Shown: in pieces, positions 1 through 14,546 of the stretch
How positions within the stretch are numbered: position 1 is the stretch's first letter
Layout: each line of letters begins with the position of its first letter
From: the human T2T-CHM13v2.0 reference genome, Homo sapiens
Direction: 5' to 3' (one strand)
Assembly (NCBI RefSeq): GCF_009914755.1
Contig: NC_060938.1
DNA: 64,000 nucleotides
Program-made: the position numbers and the translations under genes
The notes under the pieces: generated by a model
Seen by the model: the letters and a program-made list of their open reading frames with translations, nothing else
Databases searched by the model: none
Told to the model about the DNA's origin: nothing

Positions 1-55
1 ACCTGCACATCTTGCACATGTACCCCAAAACTTAAAATAATAAAGAAAAAAAAAT
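1..55 (+). mobile_element. 3' end and A-tail of an L1P element
   Basis: acctgcacat...catgtacccc...aacttaaaataa followed by an A-rich tail. Confidence 0.75.
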
Positions 56-59
56 AGTA

Positions 60-285
60 CTGGTTCTGAGCTCATACAAATATGGGTCTGAATTTTGCGT
101 GACCTTGAATAGGTGACCCAACTTTTCTAAGCCTCAGTTTCCTCACCTGTAAAATGAAGGTTAAAAGAATACTCGCCTCATAGGATTTTTGTGGGGACTA
201 AATAAGGTGATTTATGTAAAGCACTTAGCACATTTAAAAGCTGGCACTGAATAAGCACTCAATATATGTTGGCCATTATTTTTCC
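60..285. mobile_element. MIR SINE
   Basis: gtgaccttg...ctaagcctcagtttcctcacctgtaaaatg...gtaaagcacttagcac core. Confidence 0.75.
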
Positions 286-359
286 CTATAGCAATGATAT
301 TGTATTTAATTCTCATGCCATCCTTTTAAGAGAGACAGGACATGAGCTTGGTAAGTTAC

Positions 360-1460
360 TTGCTCAAATTTATGTATTCATTTATATTTGTTAAGCTCCT
401 ACCAAGGGGCTGGATTCCATTCTGGACTCTGGGGATATGGCAATGAATAAAGGCAACAAAAATCCCTGCCCTCATGGAGCTTTCATTGTAGTTGGGGCAG
501 ACAGACAATCAACAAAAAGTACAAGTGAATTATATGAAATGCCAGAGGGAGATAAGTGTCATTGAGAGACATAAAACAAGGGAGATGATGGAGAGAGGGA
601 GGGGAGGGTTGCAGTTTTAGAGAGAGTGGTCATGGAAAGCCTCCACATGATGGTGATAAAGAAGCTAAAAAGAAATTATTTAGGCAGTTGATGAGGGTAA
701 GAGAGTCCTCAGTCAGGCTTCCCTTTTAACAAAAAGCAGGCCCCAAATCATTTCTTTTCTAACAAAGAGCCACCTGTAAAATCAATCTGCAGACATAAAT
801 AAGCAAGCTGGAAGCTTGCATAGGTAAATGCCGGCAGCTGTGCCTATAGGAAAAGGCTACCTGGGGGCCAGGTGTGTTCAACATGGGAGGTTCCCTCTTC
901 CCTTTTCTTTGTAACCACATGTGAAGTAGAAAGGCAGGCAACCCATGCCAGCCAGGTAGAGACTCCATCTGTATAATAAAAGATTAGGGTGGGATGGCCA
1001 GCTTCTTTGTGCGCTATGCGAATAGTGCACCTGGTCCTACCAATCTCGCAGGCCCTATGTAAATCAGACACCACCTCCTCAAGCTCGCCTATAAAACTCC
1101 ATGCATTTCACCACAGAACCAGAAAACCCACTCAGGAGTCCTTCTTTCTCTCTCTGTAGGAGAGAGAACTATTCTCTTTTCTTTCTTCGCCTATTAAATG
1201 TCTGCTCTTAAACTCACTTCTTGTGCATCTGCGTCCTTGATTTCCCTGGTGTGAGACAACAAAGCTCGCATATTACCCCAGACAAATGACGCCGCTACAA
1301 TGGCATTGAGCAAGGGTCTGAAGAAGGGAAGGGGGTAGGCTTGTGGCTCTCACAGGGAAGAGCATTCCAGAGAAAAGTAAGCGTGCGTGGAAAGGCCCCG
1401 AGGCAAGCAAAGGAGAGCCTGGAGGCGAGTGCTCTGAAACAGGAGTGCAGGGAGGAGCCA
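360..1460. mobile_element. L2 fragment split by the LTR at 654-1299
   Basis: ccctgccctcatggagctttcattgtagttgggg...agacaat and gggaagagcattccag...aaaggcccc are L2-like. Confidence 0.6.
654..1299 (+). mobile_element. ERV1-class solo LTR (MER50/MER83-like)
   Basis: TG...CA termini, perfect 4-bp TSD ATGG (650-653 and 1300-1303), TATAAAA near 1090 and ATTAAA near 1193. Subfamily from memory. Confidence 0.85.
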
Positions 1461-2501
1461 TGGGCGCTGAAATTAGAAAACACCCTTAATTATGGTGCTG
1501 GGAGCTGAGATTCAAACTCAGAACTAGTTCCCAAGTCCTTGCTCAGCCCCATTGCAGGCACCCTAGATGACAGGCTGGTGTGATTGAGTTGATTCTGTTC
1601 TTTCTAAAGAGGGTTTTGTGTGGTCCAACACTGGATATCAGGTAGTGGGGGTGAAGAATTCCATTTCAAAGTAAGTGTAATGTCTCTATCTTCGGAATCA
1701 AAAATCAGAATATAAATTTCAATAAGTACATGAACTTACAAGCAGGTAGAACAGAGCATTTGAACGTAGGGCATCCAAGATATCCAGGACCTCGAATGAG
1801 CACAAAAGCTTTTCCATCCCAAAGATCCTCAGGCACTTTACCTTTATCCACCTCTAATAAGAAGCACCTCCTTCACTGGCCTGGGGAGGAGCAAGCTGGG
1901 ATTCTTTAAAGTCCTCTACCTGCCAGGGCAGCAGCGAAGTCCAAGAGGGCAGAATGCAGGGGTGGGGGTTAGGTGGCCAGGGGTCCCAGAGACCCAGTCC
2001 TGACTCCGGGACACTGTTGGAACCCTCTGTGTGCCTTACTTTCCCTCCTCCAGCAAGAGGCCCTCCGTCTGCCCACCCACCTCCCAGGATATTCCTAGGA
2101 AGGATCAAAGAGGACCTCTTGAAAGGGCTGGCTCCCACTCCAGATAATTGCTAGGTAAACGCACCGTGTGTTTAGGATATAATGGGCCAGTGCAGACAGA
2201 GCTGAACAGAGGAAATTGCTCACTTCAGGGAGGGGCAGGAACTCTTCCAGGCCATTATGGTCCACTAAGTAAGCTGCCTTTGTGCCAGGTGAAATGTCTC
2301 CCTGATGACTTGAAGAGTGAACTGTCTCCTACCATTTCACACTGCATTTTGGTTACCGAGCTGTGATGCTCCCTCTTTCTCTCCGTGAAACCTCTGCAGC
2401 AGGGTCGCCATCACACTTCCGGCAGAAAGACTGGGAAAACAAGCCACTGATTTCAAAGAGGGTGCAAATTTATGTGGAAGGAGGTAGGGGAGGGAGGGTG
2501 A

Positions 2502-3089
<588 letters not shown>

Positions 3090-4502
3090 TGATGCCATGC
3101 ATCAGCTGAGTGGCTTTGAGGAAGTCAGTTCATGACTCCGGCCCTCAGATTTCTCATATAGAAAATGAGAAGATAATTGCTCAGTTCACACCCAGCTCTA
3201 AAATCCTGTGATTTTAGGCAGAAGAAGAGATTGCATGGAGCATTTTAGTGACTGGGATGGCTCATGACTGGGCTGAGATGATCGACCTTTATTTCAGATC
3301 CAGAAACCTCTTCACCTGAACCTCATTGCCACAAGCCAGACCGAGACCTAGACAGGGATTTTCACACCAACAATGAAAAACACACTTAAGGAGCCTGATT
3401 ATTTTTACCTGGAGCTTGGAGGCCCAGAGGAAAAACATACAAATAGGGCTTGGGACATACACACACTCAGCTTCTGAATTTTAATATCAGAAGATCATTA
3501 TCATAAGCTGCATCAACAACTTGGGATCCCAACTGGTGCCAACTAAGCCTTCTCGCTTAATTACATGCTTAGAGCACTACAATTTAAAATCCTGGCAACC
3601 ATGTTCTATGCAATTAAAAACAAACTCACAAACAGGCCTTACTTGTGCCTCTAATATGTTGTTAAGAGTTTGTCCCTGCTGCTCACCCACTTTCCTGGGA
3701 ACACTGCTTTTCACCAAAGAGCCTCAGTCCCCACATCCCAAATGCCTGTCAGTCACCCTCCAGCTTCTGTCAAGAGGCCCATGGCCAAGTGTCATGCAAA
3801 CCAACAGCTTTGCTTATTCCCACTCTGAGCTTCCAGATAACTATGCCTCCATTAATCCCTACTGAGGAACACAAGATTCCTCAACTACATTGGGGATGCT
3901 GAGTGGATTTTGCCTCATCAGTGGCTTTGAAAGTTGGAAGTGAAGTATTGGGATCTAGCCGTGATTGGCCTTCATTCATTAATCAGTGCTGCTTTCTCTA
4001 CCTTTCCAGGTTTATGAGCAGGAACCATTGCTTAAGAAATACTCACCATCAAGCAGAATCATGAGGGACAGAGCACCATGAACTCAGGGAGCAAAGAGAA
4101 CACTGTGGGGGTATTCTTAGGGATGGAATCTCCACATCAAATCCATTGGCAAGACCTGGATGTTCTTGGAAATGTGAAACATTGAAAATGTTGAACATTA
4201 ATCTTCTCCTCATCTCCAGTATCAACACCCAACTGAGGCCACCATCATTTCTTGGGTTTGGGTGGACAATTGCAACAGCCACCTATGACTGCTGTGACTT
4301 TGTCTATGACTCCAGTTAATCCATCCTCCACTCCACCGCCTGAATGATCTCTTCAAAATTCACAGTAGGTAATGACACCCCAGTGGAAAATGCTGATTGC
4401 CTTCTACTTAGAATAAATCCCAAATTCTTTACTGTGGCCTATAAAACCCTCAGTGCAATCCTCTCTGGATGAGCTCATCATTTTTAAGTCTCAGGTTAAA
4501 TT

Positions 4503-4721
4503 AGCGGTTCTCAAAAGGGAGCAGTGTTGCCCTTTAAGAGACATTTGGCAATGTTGGGAGATATTTTTGGTTGTCATAAGTGGAAGTCAGGGGGTGCTAC
4601 TGGCATCCAGCGGTCAGAGGCCAGGGATGCTGTTGAACATTCTGCAATGCACAGAATAGTCCCCTATAGCAAAGAATTGTCTGACCCAAAATATCAGAAG
4701 TGCCAAAGTTAAGAAATCCTG
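4503..4721. mobile_element. MER20 (hAT-Charlie) DNA transposon
   Basis: gcggttctcaa...gacatttggcaatg...ggggtgctactggcatc...gaggccagggatgctg...aagaaatcctg. Confidence 0.8.
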
Positions 4722-6190
4722 ACTTAAAATCACTTTCCTGTAGTGACTTTATCTGACCATCTTTATCTCAAATTGGTTTCCATCCCCTATGCTCTTCATA
4801 CCTCTAACCACAATTTGCAATTCCCTTCTTATTGTCATTTACATACATGTAAGCTCCACATACCGGGCTATGGACAAAGTATGTCTTGTCCAACTTTGTT
4901 GTCTCAACATGTACCACTTAGCAGATGCTCAATAAATATTTGTAGGAAGAAGAAGGGCAGGAAGGGGGAAGGGCAAGAAGAAAAGGCAGTCAAAGTGAAG
5001 CAGCACCCCTGCCCTTCTGAGCCCCTTTCAGTATCATGCTGACTCTCATCTTCATGTGGAAAACCTGCCATTTGACTGGGCCAGTTGCACTGATTATGTT
5101 TTACCGGAGAATGAGCCGAGTGGACTAGGAAAACACTTTAAAACTCAGTTGTGGGGCAGGGTAGGGGGTGGGGGCATTGGCATGAAAATGTTTAGATTTC
5201 TTCAGTATTGACTTTGTTTTGTCAAACAAGTCCTCTTGAGGGTAGGGACCATGTCTATTTCAGTCTCCGCTGTAGCTCCAGCACCTTGCATAGTGCGTAG
5301 TGCAGACATAGTGGGTTTCCCAAAAGTGTTTGTGAATATGTGAGTACCCCCCCAGCCTGCAGGGGAGGGAGGGTTGATACCCCACTGCACCCACTTCTTC
5401 AGCAGCTCATAAACCCACTTATGAAGCCAACCTTCAGGTCAGACTCTTGCTTTTCTTCTTATTAGTGGCCCTTAAAAGAGCATTGCCAATAAAAACTTCA
5501 GCTCTGGAAAAGAATTCTGGCCTTTGTCAGCTATTTCCGACAGCCCTTGAAAGAAAAATAAATTTGGCTCCAAGTTTTCCCATGCCTGTTTATAGTTCCT
5601 CACACAAAGCTCTGCCGTTTATACAATTTTGTCACCCAGAGACCCAGCTAACTCTATCTCAGAGGCAGCCTCTCCCGTCCCCACCTCAGCAGCCTCCACT
5701 CCAACTTCCTCCTCCCCACTTAGGGCTTCCAAGGACCCATGAGGATAAGCTGCAGGCTGTGAGGTTTCTATAGTACACTCCTTCCTGGAATGACTCTGCC
5801 TAAATTTCACCTTTAAGCCTCAGAGATTCATGTTATCTTATTAGCAACACAAAATGGAAAAGACTGAACCCTTTCAGTTTAATCTGCTGAGTTTCTGAGG
5901 CTGCAGGGAACTCCTCCAAGGAATGTGCTTAGCTTTTGTTAGAGGAAGTTAAAAAAAAAAAAGGCCCAACATATTATTTGGCATAAATCTACTCATCTAA
6001 TTTAGATTGTAGAAACCTATTGATTAGGTTCCCAAGCCTGTCACTTTTTCCCTATAGCGACTACAAATATCACTGCCATTGGGAAATTTCACATCATAAA
6101 ACTCACTACTATGATCCCACTTTCATATTTTCCCTCTCTCTCTCCATCTTTTCCTTTCTCACGCACACAAAATCTGTTCTTTGGTCTCAT

Positions 6191-6208
6191 CAGCGCCATC
6201 TGGTGGTG
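6191..6208 (-). promoter_or_regulatory. CTCF-binding motif
   Basis: Minus strand reads CACCACCAGATGGCGCTG, matching the core consensus CCASYAGRKGGCRS; binding not demonstrated. Confidence 0.6.
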
Positions 6209-6317
6209 TTTCAAATGTTTCAGTACCCTTTAAAAAAAAAAAAAAAGATTGAAGACCCCAAAGAGCACCTGAGTATGTGTCATATCTATCACAGTTATCC
6301 TATTCAAAAATGAAACT

Positions 6318-6765
6318 GGCCAGGCACGGTGGCTGACGCCTGTAATCCCAGCATTTTTGGGAGGCCAAGGTGGGCGGATCACTTGAGGTCAGGAGTTCCA
6401 GACCAACCTGGCCAACATGGTGAAACCCTGTCTCTCCTAAAAATACAAAAATTAGTGGGGCACGGTGGCAGGCACCTGTAATCCCAGCTATTCGGGAGGC
6501 TGAGGCAGGAGAATCAATGGATGTCATATAATGAAATGATGTCATATAATGAAATGTGTCAACATTGAAGATCTGTATAACTCAAGGAAGCAATATTTCC
6601 CAAATGGCCGTGAATGAGATTACAAAATCATGCATTCAAAATGCATTCAATCCAGGAGAATCGCCGGAACCCAGGAGGCAGAAGTTGCAGTGAGCTGATA
6701 TTGTGCCACTATACTCCAGCCTGGGCGACAGAGCAAGACTCCATCTCTAAAAAGAAAAAAAGAAA
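6318..6765 (+). mobile_element. AluS interrupted by a 137-bp insertion (6516-6652)
   Basis: TSD aaaaatgaaactg on both sides; Alu sequence resumes at 6653. Confidence 0.9.
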
Positions 6766-7407
6766 AATGAAACTGAAAACTTTTGGAAAACATTTATTGA
6801 TCCATTTAAAAATAACAGTAATAAATGTTTAACATAAATAACAAATTTTAATAAAAAAATCTGTATTTTCCAAAACAAAAACAAATTTAGGAAGAGTGGC
6901 ATTATTTTACATTTTTGCACATCTCTTTAATGTCTGACTTAAAAGACACCTAAATTTTCATATCTGCTTCTGTGTTCAATCTGTTCCAATATCTTGTTTT
7001 AGTTGAAACATATGAAGAAAATCTGGCCTCACACAGATATGTAGTTGGAAAAGAAGTGAGTATTTTAATAGCCTTTTAAGATCATTGTGGGTATTCTTCT
7101 TTGATATTATTCCAAAACTCCACAAGTTATGGTTTCTTAAAAGTTAGCTGGAATGGAGAATCTGAAACCACATCCATGAACTTTTGGTACTGTTATGTTA
7201 AAACCTGCTGTTCTATCTTCGACTTTGAATGCATTTTTGCATGCATGATTTTGTAATCTCATTCACTGCCATTTGGGAAATATTGCTTCCTCGAGTTATA
7301 CAGATCTTCAGTGTTGACACATTTCATTATATGACATCAAAAAATCACATTGACTGATACTGTTACCAATTTCCTAAAAAAGTCTTTAGGTACCAAGAAA
7401 CTGCCAA

Positions 7408-7710
7408 AGCCAGGTATGGTGAGGGCTCATGCCTGTAATCCCAGCAGGGGAGGCTGAGGCAGGTGGATTTCTTGACTCCAGGAGTTCCAGACCAGCTTAG
7501 CAAGATCCCGTCTCTACCAAAAAAAAAAAAGAAGTAGAAAAGAAAAAGAAAAATTAGTCGGGTGTGGTGGCGTGTGCCTGCAGTCCCTGTAGTCCCAGCT
7601 ACTTCGGAGGCTCAGACAGGAGGATTGCTTCAGCTCAGGAGGTCAAGGCTGCAGTGAGTCCTGATCATGCCACTATACTCCAGCCTGGGTGACAGGGTAA
7701 GATCCTATCA
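7408..7710 (+). mobile_element. AluJ followed by a purine-rich tract
   Basis: Diverged Alu with ggaggtcaaggctgcagtgag. Confidence 0.85.
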
Positions 7711-8010
7711 GGGAGGAAGAAAGGAGGGGAGGAAAAAGGGAAGAAAAAGAGAGGAAAAGGGGAGAAAGGGAAGGGAAGGGAAGGGTCAAGTTCATGATAG
7801 ACAAAAATTTTCCAAAATTCTAATTTTCAATTGAAAGCTTGAATTTCATCGTTGGCAACAAATACAGTTGTTTTCAGTGAAGTGACAGGCTAACTTTGTT
7901 CACTTGCAAGAAAATATCTGTGAAATACTCAATCCTGAATAACCATAGTTTGCTTGACAATTATCCTTTCAAGTAAAAACAGTGTTTCATTTAAAAAAGA
8001 AAAAAAAAAA

Positions 8011-8340
<330 letters not shown>

Positions 8341-9455
8341 AAGGCAGCTAGTTCAGCTCGCAACTCAATCACATATGTGCTTTTCCTCCAGGCAAACTTG
8401 TAGTTCAATACACAGCAGAAATACTTGATGTGACGATGTGACTTCACATTTCATCTCAGAGAATGTTAAAAAGATATAGTTAAGCAAGAGTCAGGATTTA
8501 ATTAACATAGTAATGTTACTAAGTAACTATTGCTTTATCAAGGGCATTCTTAAGTGAAACTGGCATTCCCATTACTTCAAGCGCCTGGTGATGGAGAATA
8601 CAAGGAGTGCTGTCCCATTTGCTGTCTCTGCCTGTCCCAAGATGCCAGGAGTTTGACCTGCCGTGCTTTTCGGTGCAAATGTCAACACAGTGAAAAAGAT
8701 AAACAACAGTTTAGTGTTATTGTGAAAATAGTTTTGACCTCCCCTATCTCCAGGGATCGACGGGCCAAACATTGAAAACTGTTACATTACTGGGACAAAA
8801 CTCCCAAGATGGGTTGTAGGAGGAAGGAGGGAGGGGCTGTTATATTCTGACTTTAATATCATTTGCTCAGAGATAGGAGCATAGAAAAGATCCCCTATGC
8901 CTGAAATTTATCTCCTAAACCTCTCACCCCACATGTTATTTTCCATTTCCTTTTCTGATTCTGCATAGAATGTGTCCTGAGAGACACATTTTTTTCCTCA
9001 CCCCAGGGCAAACTAAATAGCACAGGCAGAACCCAGCTGGAAGCACCCTCTTCATCTCCCACCTATGTAAAAATTAATCTTTTTTTCCCTACCAGTTATT
9101 GCCTAACACTAGTGCTTATCACAAAGAAAAGGCTGCAAGAACAAAGTGCTCTGTGAGATAAGGAATTTAAGATAAGTGAGCTGGCAGAGGATAAAATCCA
9201 ATCCCCTTCACACAGCTGCTCCCAACACCTGGCTTCCCCATTAACACCACTCCCAGGACTATTTAAGTCTTAGTCATCTTCCAGGTCTCAACTGGGACAC
9301 CACTTCCCACCTCTTGTCTGCCTATCTGTGCCTATCTCGCTCCCTCTCTCCATATAGGAAATACAGATATAGAGACAGAGATAGACATTAACAGATAGAT
9401 AGATATTGAAATATAGATTATCATAGTGCCTTAATTGTTGGGTAAGCTGATTTTC

Positions 9456-9468
9456 CCACTAGATGGCA
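9456..9468 (+). promoter_or_regulatory. CTCF-like motif
   Basis: CCACTAGATGGCA matches the core consensus. Confidence 0.4.
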
Positions 9469-9941
9469 AATTCCAAAAAAGTGGCAGTCATTTTCTGTCC
9501 CATTCACCCTCAGGGGTTTTAAAACACAGAGATGATGTGTTTGAGCATTAGTTAAGGACATGCTTTTAGATGGGGAATGCCTTTCCTTACAGCACCATTC
9601 CCCACTGCATCTTACTGTCATAAGAGTGCCTCACTCATTGACCTGTCTGGTCCCACACAGAACTGGAATTTGCCAGTCACACTGCAACTGGGACCAGAGT
9701 CATCCCTCGATAACCATTTGTCAGAGGATTGGAGGGATGAGTCTTTTCTTTTCAGGTTGGGTAAAGTATAGAACTAGGTGGGAATCGGTGCTACGTTATC
9801 GGGCCACTCCACACTAGCCATGGCCCTCAGGATGTCCCTCCATCTACAGGTGTCCCGTGGTGCTTGGTACCCTTCTCCACTGCATCCTAGCGTGTTCAGT
9901 CTCACCAGGGAGACTATCATCTTCTAGGGGATGAAATCTGA

Positions 9942-10315
<374 letters not shown>

Positions 10316-12167
10316 ATGGTGACCACTTACAGGTTGCAGTCTTCTTAGACACCTAGGTAGATAGCCAGAAAGTCAGTTCATAAAGAGGATAATACTCTTT
10401 CAAGCAGGAGGCCTCCATTCCTGGAAAATCAAGTGTTTCAGGAAGCAGAGAAGTGTTGAGTCTTAGGGATGGGGAAGGACTGGAGGCAGGGAAATTGTGA
10501 TGGGCATTTGGGAAGGTAGACTCAGGTCAGATTGGGTGGGGCCCTGAAGGCCGTGCTCAAGAATGTGGATCCTTTCCTGCAGACATTGGGCGTGGCGTGA
10601 TCCAACCTGTGTTCCATGAGCACATTTCCTAGGCTGATCTTTCTCAAGCCTCCCCATTGTCCTTACGTCACAAAGAAGTGTCCAGTGCCTCCCACTGAGA
10701 CCCCATAACAGGCACTCCTGGTTGGATAGCAGCAGTGTGACCAATGACTGAGAGGAGGAGGGGACAGAGTGGCAGACCCCCACCCTCATCTCCACCCCAC
10801 CCCCTTATGCCAAAACATGTTCTCCAGCTTGAGCTAGTTGGACTAGATCGGGTGGGGACCAAGGGCTCAGAGGATTAGGACATCAGCCCCAGCCTTGAAT
10901 GAACCACATTCCATAGGCACGTAAACAGGGTGTGGTGGACGCAGGCCTGGTGCAGCTCCTTTGACAGAGGGGTGTGCACTTGTGTTGTAGGAACGTGCTA
11001 TTTGCCTGTGCAGGACCTGACATCCCTAACCAGCTGTGCCCCTAGGAAACCCCCACAGCACCTCCTTCTTAGAATGTTCTCTGTACATGTGCCCTCACTG
11101 GATTCTGCTAGCAGTCTGCAGGTGCTCACCATTCCAGCACCAACTCTCCACTGGAGGGAAGGGACGAAGAAAGGGGTGAGGGGGACCAGGAAGTTGGCCC
11201 CAGTCCTACCTTCCATAAGCAGGGCTTCTGGAATCACCTCGTTATACTGCTTAGGGCAGGGGACAACCTTGAAGCCAGTGGCCTCTGGAACACCTGCAAA
11301 GGAACCTGGTTAGCATGGGAAAGCATCCTCAAACTATTTTATTTGCCATTGTTTTGCTGAATAGAAAAGTAACATATATTCTTTTTTTTAAAGTTTAATA
11401 AATTCCAAAAGAACATTTTTAAACCATCTATGATACCTCCCCACAAAGATAGCTGACTTTCTCCCAGTCTTTTTCCTGAGCCTATCAGGTGTGTATTTTT
11501 TTAAATGTAAATATATTTTCTGTATATAATAGGGATCCAATTGCTTTTGAAATTTTTTATATCCTACCATTTAGCTTATCATGAGCATTTTCACATTTTC
11601 TTAATTATTCATGAAAAATTTAGCTTCATGTATAACCTGTTCATGAATAATCTAATGGCCACAAAATATCTCACATGGTCCATGATAAAATCAGCGCTAG
11701 GAACCCAGGGTGAGGCATTACAAGGTTCACTTTTTTAAAAAGGTGGACACAGAATTGTGCTGCCTGAGAGGAGAGGGAGCATCTCACCATCTCCCGCCTT
11801 GGTATCTTTTATTCTTTAGGACTCAGCTCAGGTTCTGTCTCCTCCATGAGGTGAAGCCCCAGCTCAGGCTAAACCCAGCCCACAGTGCTCCTTTAGCACC
11901 CCATCATGGCGCTGACTACATTACATTAAACAGATTTCTTCATATTTTGGTCTTTCCCACCAGACAATATAGTCTTTGAGAACCTGGCTAAAGAAGCTGC
12001 AAATCTCTAGTGTCCAGATGGTACCTAGCACAGGAAGGTACTCAATAAATGCCTTGAAAAGCAGCAGACTTTAAGCAACCTCCTGTTGTCAGGCATTTAG
12101 ACAGTTTTCTAGTTTGTAAAGAGAGCCTTCTTGCTCTCACTATATCAGATTCCATGTTGTTGGGTGA

Positions 12168-12594
<427 letters not shown>

Positions 12595-12941
12595 CCAACT
12601 CAATCTTATGATACAAACGCAGATGCCAGAATCAGACAAGTCCCAGCTCCACTATTTGCCAGTTGTGCGGTCTTGGGCATGTTACTCAACCCTCTGGCCC
12701 TCACTTTCCTCAATGTAAAATGGAGATAATAATGGATGTACTCTTAAAGATGTTGAAATATTGTAAATGAGATAACATAGGTCAGGTCTTAGTGCAACAG
12801 TTGACACATTAAACTAGTTTTTATTACTATGGAGTAGTAACAGAATTACTAGGCCTGTGTTGTAGTTTTTAATACCATATGGCCAAGCTGCTTTCCAGAA
12901 ACATGCAGCAATTTGTATACATGTTAACAGTATATGGTGCC

Positions 12942-13237
12942 TGGCTGGGTGACTGGCTCATGTCTGAAATCCCAGCACTTTGGGAGGCCGAGGTGGGGAG
13001 ATCACCTGAGATCACAAGTTTGAGACCAGCCTAACCAACATGGCGAAACCCCATCTCTACTAAAAATACTAAATTAGCTGGGCATGGTGACATGTGCCTG
13101 TAATCCCAGCCGCTGGGGAGGCTGAGGCATGAGAATCACTTGAACCCAGGAGGCGGAAGTTGCAGTGACCTGAGATGGCACCACTGCACTCCAGCCTGGG
13201 TGACAGAGCGAGACTCTGTCTCAACAAAACAAAAATA
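12942..13237 (+). mobile_element. AluS
   Basis: Alu consensus; TSD agtat(at)ggtgc/ggcac approximately. Confidence 0.9.
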
Positions 13238-14165
13238 GTATGGCACCTTTCCATATGGCACCAGCAAGGAGATTGGTCAATTTTTCATTTTTGCCCAGTT
13301 GGCTTTACAAAGGTTATCTGGATCCTGGTGAAACTAACCTCAAGGCTCAGCAAAATGTCAGCTTTGCCCTCCCAATCCAAGCATCCAGCACAGAACCCCA
13401 CCTCGGAGTCACCCCTCCTCAGGTGTCAGAGAAAAGAGCAAAGAGGTCAGAGAGAAATGAAAGGTTACAGCATTCACACAAGGGTGTCTGAATATTTAAG
13501 TTCAGAAGTCGTTTTCTTCCACATGTAGCTGAGTGATGAAATAGAGGATTCAAGCAGTGAAGAATGGCCTCAAACAAGATTCATCCTGTCTGCTTTTATC
13601 CTCATCCCCACCTAACACAAAATCATGGAAAGTGAGAGCACAAAGGCTGCTTTGTGATCAGCTTGCTCCAGAAGAGGCCCAGAGAGGTTAAGTGCCTTGC
13701 CAAGGTCACACAGCTCACGAGTGCCATTAAGAGCATCAGAGCTACAAGGAATCTGTGACTCACAGCCAGCAAATCCTATTCACATGTCTATAACTCCATC
13801 TGTTTGTCCTCTTAGCTCCATTCACAACTTCACCAGGAATGTCAGCATGGTTAGTTGTAGGGAGTAGGAGACAGCACACATTCACAAGTGGCTCTGAAAG
13901 CCAAAATCCACGAGCTGTGTGAAAATCAACTGTGAGCAGAGACTGCACCGTTCAGCACCATCATTCACAAAGGCTCCCATGGTCCTGCTGGAGGCTCCTA
14001 GACCCTCAGAGAAGCTTCTCACCCACCTCCTCTTTTCTACAGCATTTCCGTCTTTCTCCAGTTCTTTCTTTCCTACATATGAAAACTCCCTGGAAACAGC
14101 TCAGTTACTTGAGCACCTGCAGGCTGGAAACAGAGGAGAGAGACTCATGGCCTTCAGTTTAATTA

Positions 14166-14546
<381 letters not shown>

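Noticed and set aside
5153-5174. G-quadruplex-capable run ggggcagggtagggggtggggg
   Set aside because: Real motif but very common, intergenic and without supporting context.
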